From: Catajapyx aquilonaris
Taxonomy: Eukaryota
Length of the DNA stretch: 64,000 bases
Direction: 5' to 3'
Assembly: GCA_000934665.2 (NCBI GenBank)
Contig: JYFJ02001985.1
Location: 1-64,000, forward strand
The translations under genes were made by a program, and so were the position numbers. Under the pieces are notes generated by a model. The model saw only the letters and a list, made by a program, of their open reading frames with translations. It had not been told where the DNA came from and did no database searches. Position 1 is the first letter of the stretch. Each line of letters opens with the position of its first letter. Below are positions 10,565-23,277 of the stretch, piece after piece.

Positions 10565-12019
10565 ATGATTATCAGACTAGAAATATTGTTGGCTGTCTTG
10601 TTCGTCACAGCTGAGCATTCCTACTCTGATTTGATCAAAGGTATGTCCGTAAATTATCATGATATTTACAATTGAGTATTCATCGATAATATTCTTTTAT
10701 GCAGAGGTGTCGCTGGATTCTTTGTGTTCGCTGGGAAAATCTGTCCAATATGAAGTCGGTTTAACTGACGCACCTTCTGCAATTCTGATATCACTGGGCA
10801 AACCTAAAAATGGACGATCATCCACCTGCACGATTCAGTTTGTTGTCGACTCAGATGATGACAACGATTTTGAGACGACGTTGTCTCTTAATATACTACA
10901 AATGGATGTTGGAAATGATCATTGCCCTGCTGACAGCAGCAACTACATGACGGTAAGAATTATTATTGCGTTGTTGTCATTTGGTGTGGTAGATTGTAAT
11001 GTTCGAATCTTAACCAACATTCTAATGTTTTTTTTACATTGTATGATAATTGAACACAACACTATGCATGATGTACTTTACTTCGCTTATTAAACTCTTT
11101 TCAGATTGCCTATGCAGAAAGAAGTGCAATAAATTTTGACGACATTTGCGGAAACTGGAAATATACATCTTATTCTGAAAATCTCCACCAATTCATCACC
11201 AATGGAGAATACATTACTGTCACTTTTAAACAATTCCCTTCATATTATTCGATGAAAGCTCTCATTACAGCAACCCCAGGTGAGTCATTTTCGTATAACT
11301 AATATTAATTCTAGTTGATTCGCAAATACTACTCCCAAGATCATAAGTATAGTAGATGATTCCTAACCCTAAGTTATGAGACCTTGCTAACCCCTGTTCA
11401 TGTCAATCACGTGTAATAAAGGAATAATGTGTAGTCGTAGTGAGTAACCAGTAGTTGTACAGTACAATGTTTACAGTATAGTACAATGCAATGGCTGAAA
11501 TATTCTTGCTCAAAATTGTCCACGCAATAATTTACACTCATCTTACCTAAAAGCATTTAAAATTCAAGTTGTGTAGGCTATGTCGTCAAAATTCATGCTT
11601 TTACTTTGATACACGTTCTTCATTTGTTATTGTAGCTGACAGTATTTTTATGCTGACCGTCGTTATGTCTCATTTGAATTAATATGCTTCTAGGTGAACG
11701 CAAGCAGAAAATGGGAGTTGGACTAATTCTGCTGTCCATTGCTGGAACTCTTACGTTGCTCATTGCTCTCTCGTGCCTCATCATCCAGTGCCGAAAGAGG
11801 GCCAAGAGACTTTCCACCACAGCAGCCCCTGAACCCGGAAGGCAGCTGATGACAGGTTATCAATCCGGGTACACAATTGAAGACAGGCGTTCTGTAGAAG
11901 CACATGATCCGGATCTTCCTCTTCCATCAGCTCCAGCCGTTCCCCGCGAACCCCCTCCGTCTTATGAAGAGTCAGTCGCCCCCCTAACAGGAACTGATTA
12001 CATTCCACCCAAAAATTAA
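10565..12019 (+). CDS. Single-pass membrane protein, about 274 aa: signal peptide, divergent CUB-like ectodomain, TM helix, PPSY tail. Exons 10565-10640, 10705-10952, 11105-11279, 11694-12019
   Basis: Canonical GT-AG junctions, phases 1/0/1, 825 nt open frame; shares motifs with the 19.8-kb paralog (C.I..V, LSL.I..MDVG.D.C, P.YYSM); TM GVGLILLSIAGTLTLLIALSCLII then RKRAKR. The CUB assignment is an inference from Cys spacing and beta-strand pattern. Confidence 0.8.
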
Positions 12020-13140
12020 TAATCTGTACTTTGAGTGATGCAACAAAGGCTGTTTAAAATATCAAGTATAATAAATGTCTTGTAGGTCTTGTTGAGGGAC
12101 GCGGCCAATACGACAATGATGTTTCAATAGTTTGGGACGACCAACACTCAAACCCTTCCTCTGCCTTCTGCTGACTGTCCTGAATTCTTGACAGAAGTTC
12201 ACTCTAGTGTACATCAACTCAGTAGCCTATACAATGGAAGATCAATTTTTTACCTTATCACGATGTAATGTATTCAAATAAAAATAAACCGGTACATAAA
12301 AAGTGCTCTGATGCAATCTGTCAAAAATTGACCCAGTTTGTTGAGAGAACTATAGACGAATGAAGGTCTACCTAGTGGTAAATTCGTAGGATGCGTGTTT
12401 AATAACCTATCTTTATTAATAAACACAAGAAAAATCGACAAAAATACTTACGCACCTCAAGTGTAGCCTACAATAATACATCTAGGTGATACAATGAGTG
12501 GTGGTGATGTCCATCTCTGCTTTCAGTGAAAGCTGATGATAGAGAACGTATGACAATGATGTTTCATGTTTGGATCCGCGGCCATAACATGAGGAAAGAC
12601 GGAGGTTCATCGCTTTTGTGTGGCGTTGATGTTTTAACCCTAGCACTTGGATATCACGATGGTCATCATCAATAAGAGGTTGAGTGCCCTTGTGTCCTTG
12701 ATTGTGTCTTATTTTGCATGCTTGCAAGCCTATACATAACAACTTTTCAGATTCTCACAAAAATACTGTAAACTTATATTTGACCATTAGAAGAGTAAGA
12801 TATTTTCCATGCACATGATGGGCCACATAAAAATGTTTATGTGACGATATGTGAATCTAGAGCGAGAAGGCCAAGCATGACGTATGGTGGTCATACTTTC
12901 TTTATCGAACTTTCAGGATCTGCCTGCACATTCCCAATCTCGTGCTTTATCTCCTGCAATGATGGTGGCTCTAGCAAATAAGTCAACACCAGAGTGAGTG
13001 ACCACAAAAACTTGTCAACAAACTGCAGTTATATTATTTTTTAGTATATCACCCATTAAACTATTTTGTAGTTTGATGTGGATTCTCCTCTCCTCTATAA
13101 CATGACGGACCTAGTTCATCCATATGATGTACGCATTTTG

Positions 13141-14452
13141 TCAATCCTGGCAAGTCTCAAATTCAGTCGCATTTTTGGCAATCCAACTAGCCCAAAGCTT
13201 AACAAATCCCTCTGCCGCGAAGCCATTCACAACAATATACTGGTTCACGTCACAATTATAAGAAACACTAAAACCAGAATGGTTGTCAGGACTTAACCGC
13301 AAACGTTTCACTGCCACAATTCCCGTGAGAAACACGTCATCCAAATGAATAAGAGGCGTCTCGAGAGAATCTCTGTACAGGATTGGCACCAACGATCCCG
13401 TGAATATGTAGGCTGTTCCATCAAGATATGTTGGGAATTCCTCCTCTGAATATGCAGAAGTTGGAATGTACCACGTATCCTCCAGATTCCTTTGAGGTAC
13501 TGATCCTCGGTGAATACTTCCTATCAGTATATATCCTTGTTTATTAACTGAGTCTTTGTCAGGATCGCACCCCCAGGATGGAATTCTCTTCCAATTAATA
13601 TTCTGTAAAAAATGAAAATGAATTATTCACATCACTGCACTGTCCGAGGAAGGTAATTACCCAAAGTGCAACGTCGCGCTATAAAAATGACAGCACTTAT
13701 TTTAAAATGTTTTCAATTTCAAGACATTATAACTTCATGCCTATACAGTATTACTACTAGTTACGAGATAACTCCTAAAAGACATTATAAAAGAATGAAT
13801 TAAAAATAAGTACGGTAGCATAGGATTAAAATCGCCAACCACTAATGCAATTGGAACACCTGGCATTCAAGTGATGATTACTCACATCATCATAAAGGTT
13901 CAGCAAATTCATCAGTTTTACGGGGTGGACGAAGTTGCTGTCATCAATTTTCATTACAAATTTTGCTTGTGAACACCTCTGCAATATCCAACGAAGAGTA
14001 GACACAATACTGAGTGTCTTGCTGAAAGCATATTCGCATATGTCGTACTGCACAATGTCTCCAAATTCCGCATATTCCTTCTCGAGTTTTGACTGTAATA
14101 GAGACAACGGTATATCCAGCAGCATTTGACATGCAATAACAACATGATCCGCTGCATATACTCACTTGCTCATTATCATTAGGCGGAGTGGTCAAAATGA
14201 ACACGAGGCGAATACCAGGACGCCGCTCCAGCAAGTCAAGTCCCCAGGTGTTTCTAATAGCGTTTCGTAGATCTACACTTGAAGGTGAAGAATATACAGT
14301 CACTAAAAGGAATATTTGGTCTCTTTTGTTGTTATTTCCGCATACATGATGGGGCTCCAACGAAGTACTGATGTTCTGTATGTATTGTTGCACATTTCTG
14401 CAGGTGTGGACACGTGTTATTTGAGGGGAAGTTGAATGCTATATTTGAAGAT
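13141..14452 (-). CDS. GT31 beta-1,3-galactosyltransferase-like paralog A, degenerate (possible pseudogene). Exons about 14438/14452-14166, 14092-13886, 13602-13141
   Basis: RNAIRNTWG, LVFIL, E...FGDIVQ, C...KFVMKIDDS, FPTYLDGTAY, HLDDVFLTG motifs; same intron positions as paralog B; no intact ATG/TM exon found and in-frame TAG at 14441-14439. Confidence 0.75.
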
Positions 14453-15948
14453 CTGAATGGCAAAACTTACAGTCATAACTTATTTGCCTGATTTGGAGAT
14501 GACATATTTTGAATTTCAAAATTTATCTGTCGCTCTCTGTAATACATCTATCAAATATATCACTTACTGTTAGCAGCTGTGTTAGCTACCAGAAAGTAGA
14601 AATGCCTAACTTCGTTTTGATAAAAAGATATCGTTGATGGTTCCGCATTTCAGATCTTCATATGTAAGCATCGCGATGTTAAATGAGACACATTCTAGTC
14701 CTATAAATGATGCTGCTTGGCAGTTGCCATATTTACCTCGTTCCTAAACGTTGATATTTTGTATCCATGTCAGTCTTCTCGTAGCAATAAGAAAAATTAG
14801 GTCTAGTGCGTAAGGACGTCTCATGACTGCCAAGTATTGCCAGATTTACATTATGGTCTAGGTAGAGCTGCTTATTGTTGTCTGCAACGTACGTAGAGAG
14901 GACACTGCCAGGTTGACTAATGTCATTCTCACGATATCCTAAAACTTAGTGACAGTTCTCAGATACATTATCACGATATTATTAGGTATAATAACAACTT
15001 ATGTATGACATATACTCACTTTTGTGGAACAAAAGGTATCCAACGACGACAATAAAAATGAAAATGAGAACTGGAGGAATTCGCACTCTCCTACATATCC
15101 TCATCATTGCACACCTAAGAAGACAAATAGTAGACTAATAATAATTAAAACACTCACACTCACGAAGTATGCCCGACAAACAATTTTGCATGTGGGCCAG
15201 TTAAGAAGTAAGCTTATCTCCACTCGTGCACTCGCAACCACCACTTTCAAAAGTATTCACATCAGGTGTCGCAACACTGTCAATATTGCACTCCACGAAA
15301 CCTTCCTGATGAGAGATATAATAACCTGAATGTAACATAATTATATAGCGAAGAGCAGCAGGCTAATCAGAGTATGACGTGATGCACATTGTATCTATAT
15401 TTAGGGTGAAACAAGTGTAATTTAGGCCTACAGTTTTTTTAGTTGGTCCTGCAGTAAGCTTGTGAACTAGGCACCGAAAAATTCAAAAGAGTATCTGATA
15501 CCTTCTCATTACTGCTTTTTGTGGTAGATGAACACCCAATTATTACGCGACTCAAAATGTGGAAAGCCCACCCCCCACACTTCTATAGGTATAATTCGGT
15601 ACTTCCGCCGACGGACAGAACATCCTACGACCTACTTATAACACAACATGCTGCTGCCTCCAACCGACAGGTGTAAAGATTGCCGACTTGCTTATCTGTT
15701 AGATATTGAGAAATCACGGCGTCATGCTGATATGACTTCCATATATAACTGCACCAGAGTAAGACGTTTTAACCAGAAGTGTTGATTTCATGATTCCTAA
15801 TATAGCTTATTTTAATGACTGACTAATGTTTTGTGCAATATTTGGAAAGAAAAATGTGCAGAACCATCATTAATTAAATAACAAATAGTGACAAAAACAA
15901 TAAGTATAAACAAAACTGCTGGCCCAACAGAACCCTATGTGCGTCTAT

Positions 15949-17393
15949 TTAACAAGGGTTCTCAAACCCAAACCTAATCAGATCTTGTGAATTATTCTTC
16001 CATAATGTTCGTAACATGCCAATAGGGAATTCGGGCACTTGAATCACATTGGTCAAGTCACATGTGCGAGTGATACGAAAACCGGGATTATGCTCCAGAG
16101 TTAAACCCAGTCTTTTCCCAGCTACAATTCCAGTCAAAAATACATCGTCAAGGTGGATAAATGGGGCATCCAGTGAGGATCTGTAGAGGCTCTTGATCAA
16201 GGAACCGGAGAAGACATAGGCGGATCCGAAAATAAAAGGTGGGTATTCATCAGGTTCGAATACATATTTAGGGACAAAGAAATTGGAATTCAAGTCTCGA
16301 ACTGGTTTTATGTCGTGACGGACGGATCCTGTCAGAAGATATTTTCTCCATCCATCTTCACCCTAGGGAGATAAAAGAAAAGCCACGCACATCATCTCTG
16401 CCCATACATTCATTTTTCAAATGCAATATTAAAATCGTTTAGGTAACTCACTCTATAGGCGTGACGAAAAAGCATATTCATGATGTTGGTTGGATGAACA
16501 AAGTTATCATCATCAGTTTTCATAATAAACTTTGCTCGAGGACAACTGCTTAACAACCACTTCAGTGTAAGAACGACCTTTACAGTCACATTGAAGTACG
16601 AGTCGCAAAAGTCTTCTTGCAAAATATCGTTGTAAGCCTCTGCTTCTTTTTCTATATGGCCCTGCACAATCGAGACACATTGTACTCAAGAGTAGTATGA
16701 TGCCACCTGAATTACAATAAGACCAGTGCATCAGTTGAAATAAGTAGAAAATCACTGGTTACGTTTGGTGGATACCTCTACATGATCAGAGATTTCCCTT
16801 CATTTGTTACTGATACAACAGATCGCAAATACTAATTAAAATATTACTTGAATAGTCATATTGTTAGGCACTCCAAGAATAAAAATCAGACGCATGTCAG
16901 GCCGGAATCTCAGAAGGTCACGTCCCCAAGTGTCTCGAATAACTTGTCTGTATTCAAAATGCGAAGCATCTGACATAACCGCCATCACTAAAAATATGTC
17001 CTCTTTCCAGCTGCACCAAACGTTCTGTGGCTCAATGCGAGTAGTTTCTTCCCTGGGACGCACCAAATTCCTCATGTCCCTAAAATGTCGCAATGACGTG
17101 ATAATACACAGTATTATGTAAAGCACATTGTTCATAGTTTGCAAGTAAGATGATTGAACCTGTTTAACAATGTGTATTCCGTGTTCCCATCAAGGGGAAC
17201 GTGGCAACTTGGGAAGCTCTTTGCTCTTTTGTGGTATACTTCTGCAAATATCACAAAAAAATGTAATCAAGTTTGAAATAATACCACTTTTAGATGTACA
17301 CCTACCTTCACATATTAGGATGTAAAGTTGCACAAAAAGAATAGCAATCCCCGCACACAATGCTGTTATCAATCTCCGCCTTATGTTTATCAT
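15949..17393 (-). CDS. GT31 beta-1,3-galactosyltransferase-like paralog B, about 341 aa, type II membrane protein. Exons 17393-17306, 17241-17160, 17079-16848, 16661-16452, 16362-15949
   Basis: N-terminal RRR plus TM anchor; RQVIRDTWG, DILQEDFCDSYFNVTVK, KFIMKTDDD, YPPFIFGSAY, HLDDVFLTG; exons total 1026 nt in frame. The exon 2 donor (GTTCAA) is weak. Confidence 0.88.
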
Positions 17394-19802
17394 CTGTTAC
17401 CGGTAAATATAGGCTAATGGTATGTTGTGAAACCTACCTGTTAACGCGTTATATGAGTACGTATAGGCCTATGCCCGACGCAACACCATTATTGCACATA
17501 TTTGAAAACTAATTCAGCGCATTAATGTCAGCTCAGAGTCAAAAGACACTCGCAAATGAGAGACAAGAACAAAACGGGTAGGTCCACATATTCCAGAGTC
17601 AACAGCGATAGATGCTTCCTGCTTAACAATATTAGATATAATAACCCGTAGTAAACAGCCTAGACCTAGAAGCTTCGCAAAATAACACTTGCACTTTTTG
17701 TTGCCTTTATTGTTGGTGGGATGGGTATATGGGAATGATGAAGAGAAATACGCATACTGTATAATAATGTTCCGACAATAATTTTATTTCATTAATTTCA
17801 TTTGGCATGCAGAGGATTGCTGGGGGAGGAGGAGTTATTAGGAATGTCGTAGAGAGCAAGTGATCGGATCCGGTCTGGCCGGAAAAGATAGGAATAGCGT
17901 TGTTTCAAAGTGACCCAATTAGATGTAGAGTGCCCCTGACAGTTAAAACAGAACCTTGCCTGTAAGCAGTAGCACTTTGCCTGTATACTATATATATATA
18001 TAATGGTGAAATGTATTTTCTCCTTCCGTAAACTGTAAAGATCGGAGATCATTCACAGTAACCAATCATTAATACTAGTTAATAATAAGGCAGAAACAAT
18101 TACGTATATAGTAAATGACACTTATAGGTGCAATAGTTTATTTACATTTTATCAATGTCGCCGATTCAACATGTTTTATACATTTTTACAGATGAGAAAG
18201 AATTGGCCAGCAGGCTGAAATCTCGCATGTAATAATTATGGCATGAACAATAATAAGAAATCTTATTGACTCCAACTGGATGGCCGATTTGGATTCTTAA
18301 TTCATACCAGAAAAATTGGGACAGGTACTTTACTGAATTAGGTGTTTCCAACATGAACTCCTGATGAGATCAAAGAATCACTTTATGTATAGCTTTGCCA
18401 TTTGGTCTCCGCTACTCCGCAGCCTCGGTAGTGTAGCCTACTGTACCGAGGTAGCATATCCTGGAATGTTGGCATCCCACCACACAGCTAGGGCTCATTT
18501 CACACCATGTGTTCTCTGCCACTAACACATATAAACGTTGCCTCAGCCGGAGTTCATGGTGAGCCAGCGGGCATCATGCCTCTGGAGGCTGTGTACAAGT
18601 TCAAGGACAGCATCTTGGCAAACCTGATCCCATCATCGCACAGCAGGCTAGCCCTGGATATAATACTTGTTGTAACAGACAAACTGGCTGGGCACGTCCG
18701 ACATTTCTTACAGGCCTACATAGGCTACTTTGTAAGATAGTAGCTGGATCATGTGACCGCGAATCTGTGCATCTATCTTTTCTATGCTGTCCAAAGCAGT
18801 CGTTGAAACTCGATTAATATTAATTGATTAATGGGGGAAATGAAAAAAAGTCGGCCGAGTTCTAATATTTTGCGACTTTGGATGTATAGAAGTTATTATA
18901 AGAAGAGGTATATTAGGCCTATGCCTACCGTACTTGTACGAAACACCTCTTGCGTGATTTGCGTGGGAGGTAGCAATGTAATTATAACATGCAGATTATA
19001 ATTATGCATTGCAGTAACTTTCGTGCGTAGATTTTAAATGACCTGTAAATATTTCCAGAGTAACCTATTCATTCCTTAAAATGATTTCCTGCTCTAGTAC
19101 TGTGCATTGCACACGTGATACAAAGCAAAAAGCTCTTGTTATTGCCTGAGTGATCCTCTGTCGAGAGTCGGCCTACTGGGTGTGAATTTATGCTTCGTTT
19201 AATTTTCTTCCATTTCAAAAGTAGGAACCTTGTAAAATTATTCCCAGGCTACACGCAGTTGCGCTGCAAATAAACCAGGAACTAATGTATACAATGTGCA
19301 CATGCCGCAAGTGGTAAGATTCCCTATACAGTTGCATGAAGTTGGACTTTAAGTTGAGCTGCCTCATCAGTAACAGATTGTGAGTAAAGACGTGGCCACC
19401 TATATTCATAATATTTTCAAACATTTTTATTTTATTTTATTTTCATATTTCGATGCTTTAAAAAACTCGCCTTATACCTACCCATAACCGTGTAACAGAA
19501 TCGCTATCTCGTGGATCCTATTGGTCAAAGTGACAGATGGGCATATCAATCGCCCCTGTCCATAGGTAGGTCTATATATCTGTACCCACGTAACCGCCAT
19601 ATCCTTGCATTCAATGTGGATTACGACGTCACAGGGGTGTGAGGTCGGAACTTGCAGGGTACATCAGCAAATAAGTGTCAGCATAAGTTATCTGTGACAC
19701 CATGGAGATTATCCATAGTCATTGTCACTTATTATCTGAAGCTAGGTCGGTTACAACGCATCCATCTGCAAGAAAAACAAGACTTGCGTTGGACAAACAA
19801 TC

Positions 19803-21326
19803 ATGTCTAGGTGGATCATCTTTTTCACTTTTCTTTTTCTGAGAGGATTACGGTCAGGAAAGGGAAGTGAAGGCAAGTTACTTTAACAAAACTTTCAGTT
19901 ATTGATACCATAAAAATATTAATGCCAGAAGTGCAGTGTATATCTCATTAATGCATTTTTCAGTTGTAAATATATCACCATTCTGTATGAATGGCAACAC
20001 TCTGCAATACCATTTGGACTACTTCAAAGATCCGGCATTCGTTTTCAAAATGGAACCGGCTGACTATTTTAATTGCACTTGTCAATTGATCGTCAATTCG
20101 ACTTCGGCTACCGCACTGTCGTCACTGTCGTTGACAATTGAGAAAATGGATGTTGGCCAAGACGACTGCCATTCTGCCATACATGATCATATAAATGTAA
20201 GTATGAATTATTTCTTAATGTTTATATTATTGTCTAATCGAGATCCATTTATTTCCATGCAGCTTGGTTTTACAGCTACAACAAATATAACCAGCCAATT
20301 TTCAAAAGAATTTTGTCAAGGACAAAATTACGCTGAAGTTATATACTCGTATCTTGGGCGGAACAGTCACTTATTTTTTATTGATTTTGAGAATGTTCCG
20401 AAATATTACTCGATGCAGTTTGTGGTTTCTGTACTAGAGGGTAAGTACAGTAATCTCTGGATTAATTACGAAGTATAATTTAAGAGAAAGGAGCTCTAAA
20501 ACAATGGCAATACCAAAGTAATTATTTTAGCGGTGGACCCCCAGTTATCCGCGGTAAGTGGTCCCATGCCCCATGCGGACAAACGAAACTTGCTATATAA
20601 TATACAGTCACATGAACATAGCCCATATATAAGGCTATTCATTAAATATATATTCTGCCTTATACGCAGTACATTAGTTAACTTGGATCACTGCAATTGT
20701 TGCAGAAATAATATCGGCTCCCTTTTCACCCATACAGGCCCAATGTTACCAGATTTTTGCGACGAAATGGGAGCACGCTGTTGTCGTGGGATTGATTGGG
20801 ACTCGACATACTGCGTCAATAAGAATCTTCGTTGCGACGGACACGTAAATTGCGATACTGATCATTACGGCGACGAAGAAGACTGTGGTAAGCGGGTAGC
20901 TTTTATCCATCCCGGGAAATATTTCATTTTTTTTGTACTGTCACTCCAGCTCTGCTCAAGTTGGTTACACAGCACATTGATAAGTTTTTTTTTGTCAAAT
21001 CACACTAACAGTAAGTGACGACGTAAGAATATTAATATTATTCGATCCCACTAGGGTCGTATACTCTCCTGCTTCTGGCGGCGGCTACTCTCGGATGCTT
21101 GGCAGTAACAAGCTGCACCATATGTACTCTTCTGAAATATCGCGCACATCAAGCTCATCAGGTGCGCCAGAGATCCATGCAAAATCTTATCAACTCTAAT
21201 CGGCAGAGTGTGTTTTCATTGCCAGTGGATGACCTTCCACCCTCTTACAATGAAGTCATCACCTCTCCTAACAAGGACGATCTTCCTCCCAGATACAGTG
21301 CTTCAAGTCCAAGCACCGCAGAGTAA
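19803..21326 (+). CDS. Single-pass membrane protein, about 300 aa: signal peptide, CUB-like domain, LDL-receptor class A repeat, TM helix, two PPxY motifs. Exons 19803-19872, 19964-20196, 20263-20440, 20738-20887, 21055-21326
   Basis: LDLa signature CVNKNLRCDGHVNCDTDHYGDEEDC; cytoplasmic PPSY and PPRY; 903 nt open frame using a GC-AG first intron; paralogous to 10565-12019. Confidence 0.82.
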
Positions 21327-23277
21327 CATGCTCGCAATAGTACAATTTGTAAAATTAACCAGCATTTCCGCTTAATCATTGTATTTGTACAGTATGATAA
21401 CAGGCTTATTGCGACATGATGAAAAATAATAAGTACATTTCCTGCATGACGCTGTAAGTTGTAAAGTGCTCGAGTATTACTTTACAACAACATTTTTGTC
21501 TATAATGTATAGCTTTCAAGTAACCCTGCAGTAACCATTCGTCTGCAACAACCTCGAGAGTCAATCACTCATAACGTGCGTGTTTTTCTGGTGGGACGCA
21601 TGTCGTAGCTAATATTGTTTGTGAATATACAGGAACAATTTCGAGTTCAGGTCCCTTATAAATAGTACATTATTATGAGCCATTTCTTGTTGCTTCAATG
21701 CCATTTCAGTGTATTTTAATCTCATAATAAAAAGAATTCGAGAAGCCTCATCTTTTTCTTTTTTTAGACATCAAGATTCTGTCGTCCTCTGCCCCTCATT
21801 CCTCTTACTATATTGTTTAATTACACCAAAGATTCATCCTTGACTCTGCCTGATTAATTTACAGAGTATAGTTTTGCAAAAGTAGTTTTTTATTCGGAAG
21901 GCGAAATTGTCCTAATTTGCGATTTTGGCTCCAGTGGGGATATGATACACTATTGGTTGAGCCATTTGGGTATTTCGCCGCATGAGTTAATCCTCCATAC
22001 TTTTTTTTGCAAACAATTTATCCTTCTAATCTGGTCGTCTCGAGAGGCGTATTATATGCGATACGATGCTGTATCATACCAGCATATCGGTACTTTATAC
22101 TGTACACGCAATCACGCAGAACAAAAGTGTATTCGTAATTCCTGCCCAACGCGATAGGAAATGGTGTTGAAATACGTAGAACTACCACTTCATAAGATTA
22201 CATGCTGCATTATCATGCCCAGGGTATGCCTACATTGTTTTTAAATTTTGTTATTCTGTATTTTGTAACACTACAATCCGCCCAAGTTGGCAAACAGTAC
22301 TCATGCTTTCAATAAGTATGTCCCACATTTTTGTAAAGTAGCTTTTTTGGCAATTGGTATGGAGAAGGGAAAGGAAACCATGAAAATTCTGCATATACAC
22401 TCTCCACCTAGAAGGCAAACCTAAAATGCCGAACCTCGTACAAAAAATATATAGGTATACTCTAGACCACAGAATCTGGTGAAGGTCGAGATAAAGCTGC
22501 TGCAGCAGCGATAAGATTGGCAACAAAATATATGTGAAGTAGACTATGAATAAAATAGAATGCGATATTTTTCCACTCATGACTTGCTCCCAAGGAGTCT
22601 AAAGCATTTATCTCTCATAATAATAAATAATAATAATTTATTGCATCAATATACGAGTATAATCATGAAAATATTAAATGGGATAAACGTTGATACCCCC
22701 GGTTTCTTTATAGTAAATGCATTTAAAATGTGATCAGTTAACATTTTAAATAGTAAATATCCAAAATGACTGATATGAAAAAGGGGGTCACCTCTGTCAA
22801 CAGGCGTATGCAGGAAAAGGAAACAGAAGATAACCTATGCTTACACTCCATAAAGTTGAAAACACGATTGTACGCTCGCACATGGTGATATAACAGGGTG
22901 CTTAAATTCTCATTACTCCAGCCTTGAAAATAATATTTGTGAAGGGGTAATGGACACCAAGCAGGTGATTACCCCAAGCCCCGCCCCATCCTGGCCTCCT
23001 CTTCTTCTTCTTCTTCGGTGTCCTTCTCCGTCCTTTCACCCTGGCCTCCACTACGTATAATACCGTAACTTTTTCTTATTTATTGCAGAGCCGCTCAAGC
23101 AGGCAGGCAGGCAGCCAGATTGCCTAGCTAGCCAACCAGCCAACTCGAAACAAACAACAGTGCAGTTTCGAGCATCCTTCAAGGTACAGGCCTTCATTAT
23201 ACACCCATTGTGTGTTGTACTTGTAGAATAAAAGTGCTTTGCAGATTAATATATTTTAATCCAACAGGTAAGCCAAG

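Noticed and set aside
15302..15389. Candidate decayed TM exon for GT31 paralog A (88 nt ending GAAG|GT, like paralog B exon 1)
   Set aside because: Stops occur in both plausible frames; the resemblance may be chance.
18166..18740. Possible LINE or other coding remnant (QFFWYELRIQI; MPLEAVYKFKDSIL)
   Set aside because: Too short and degraded to assign without a search.
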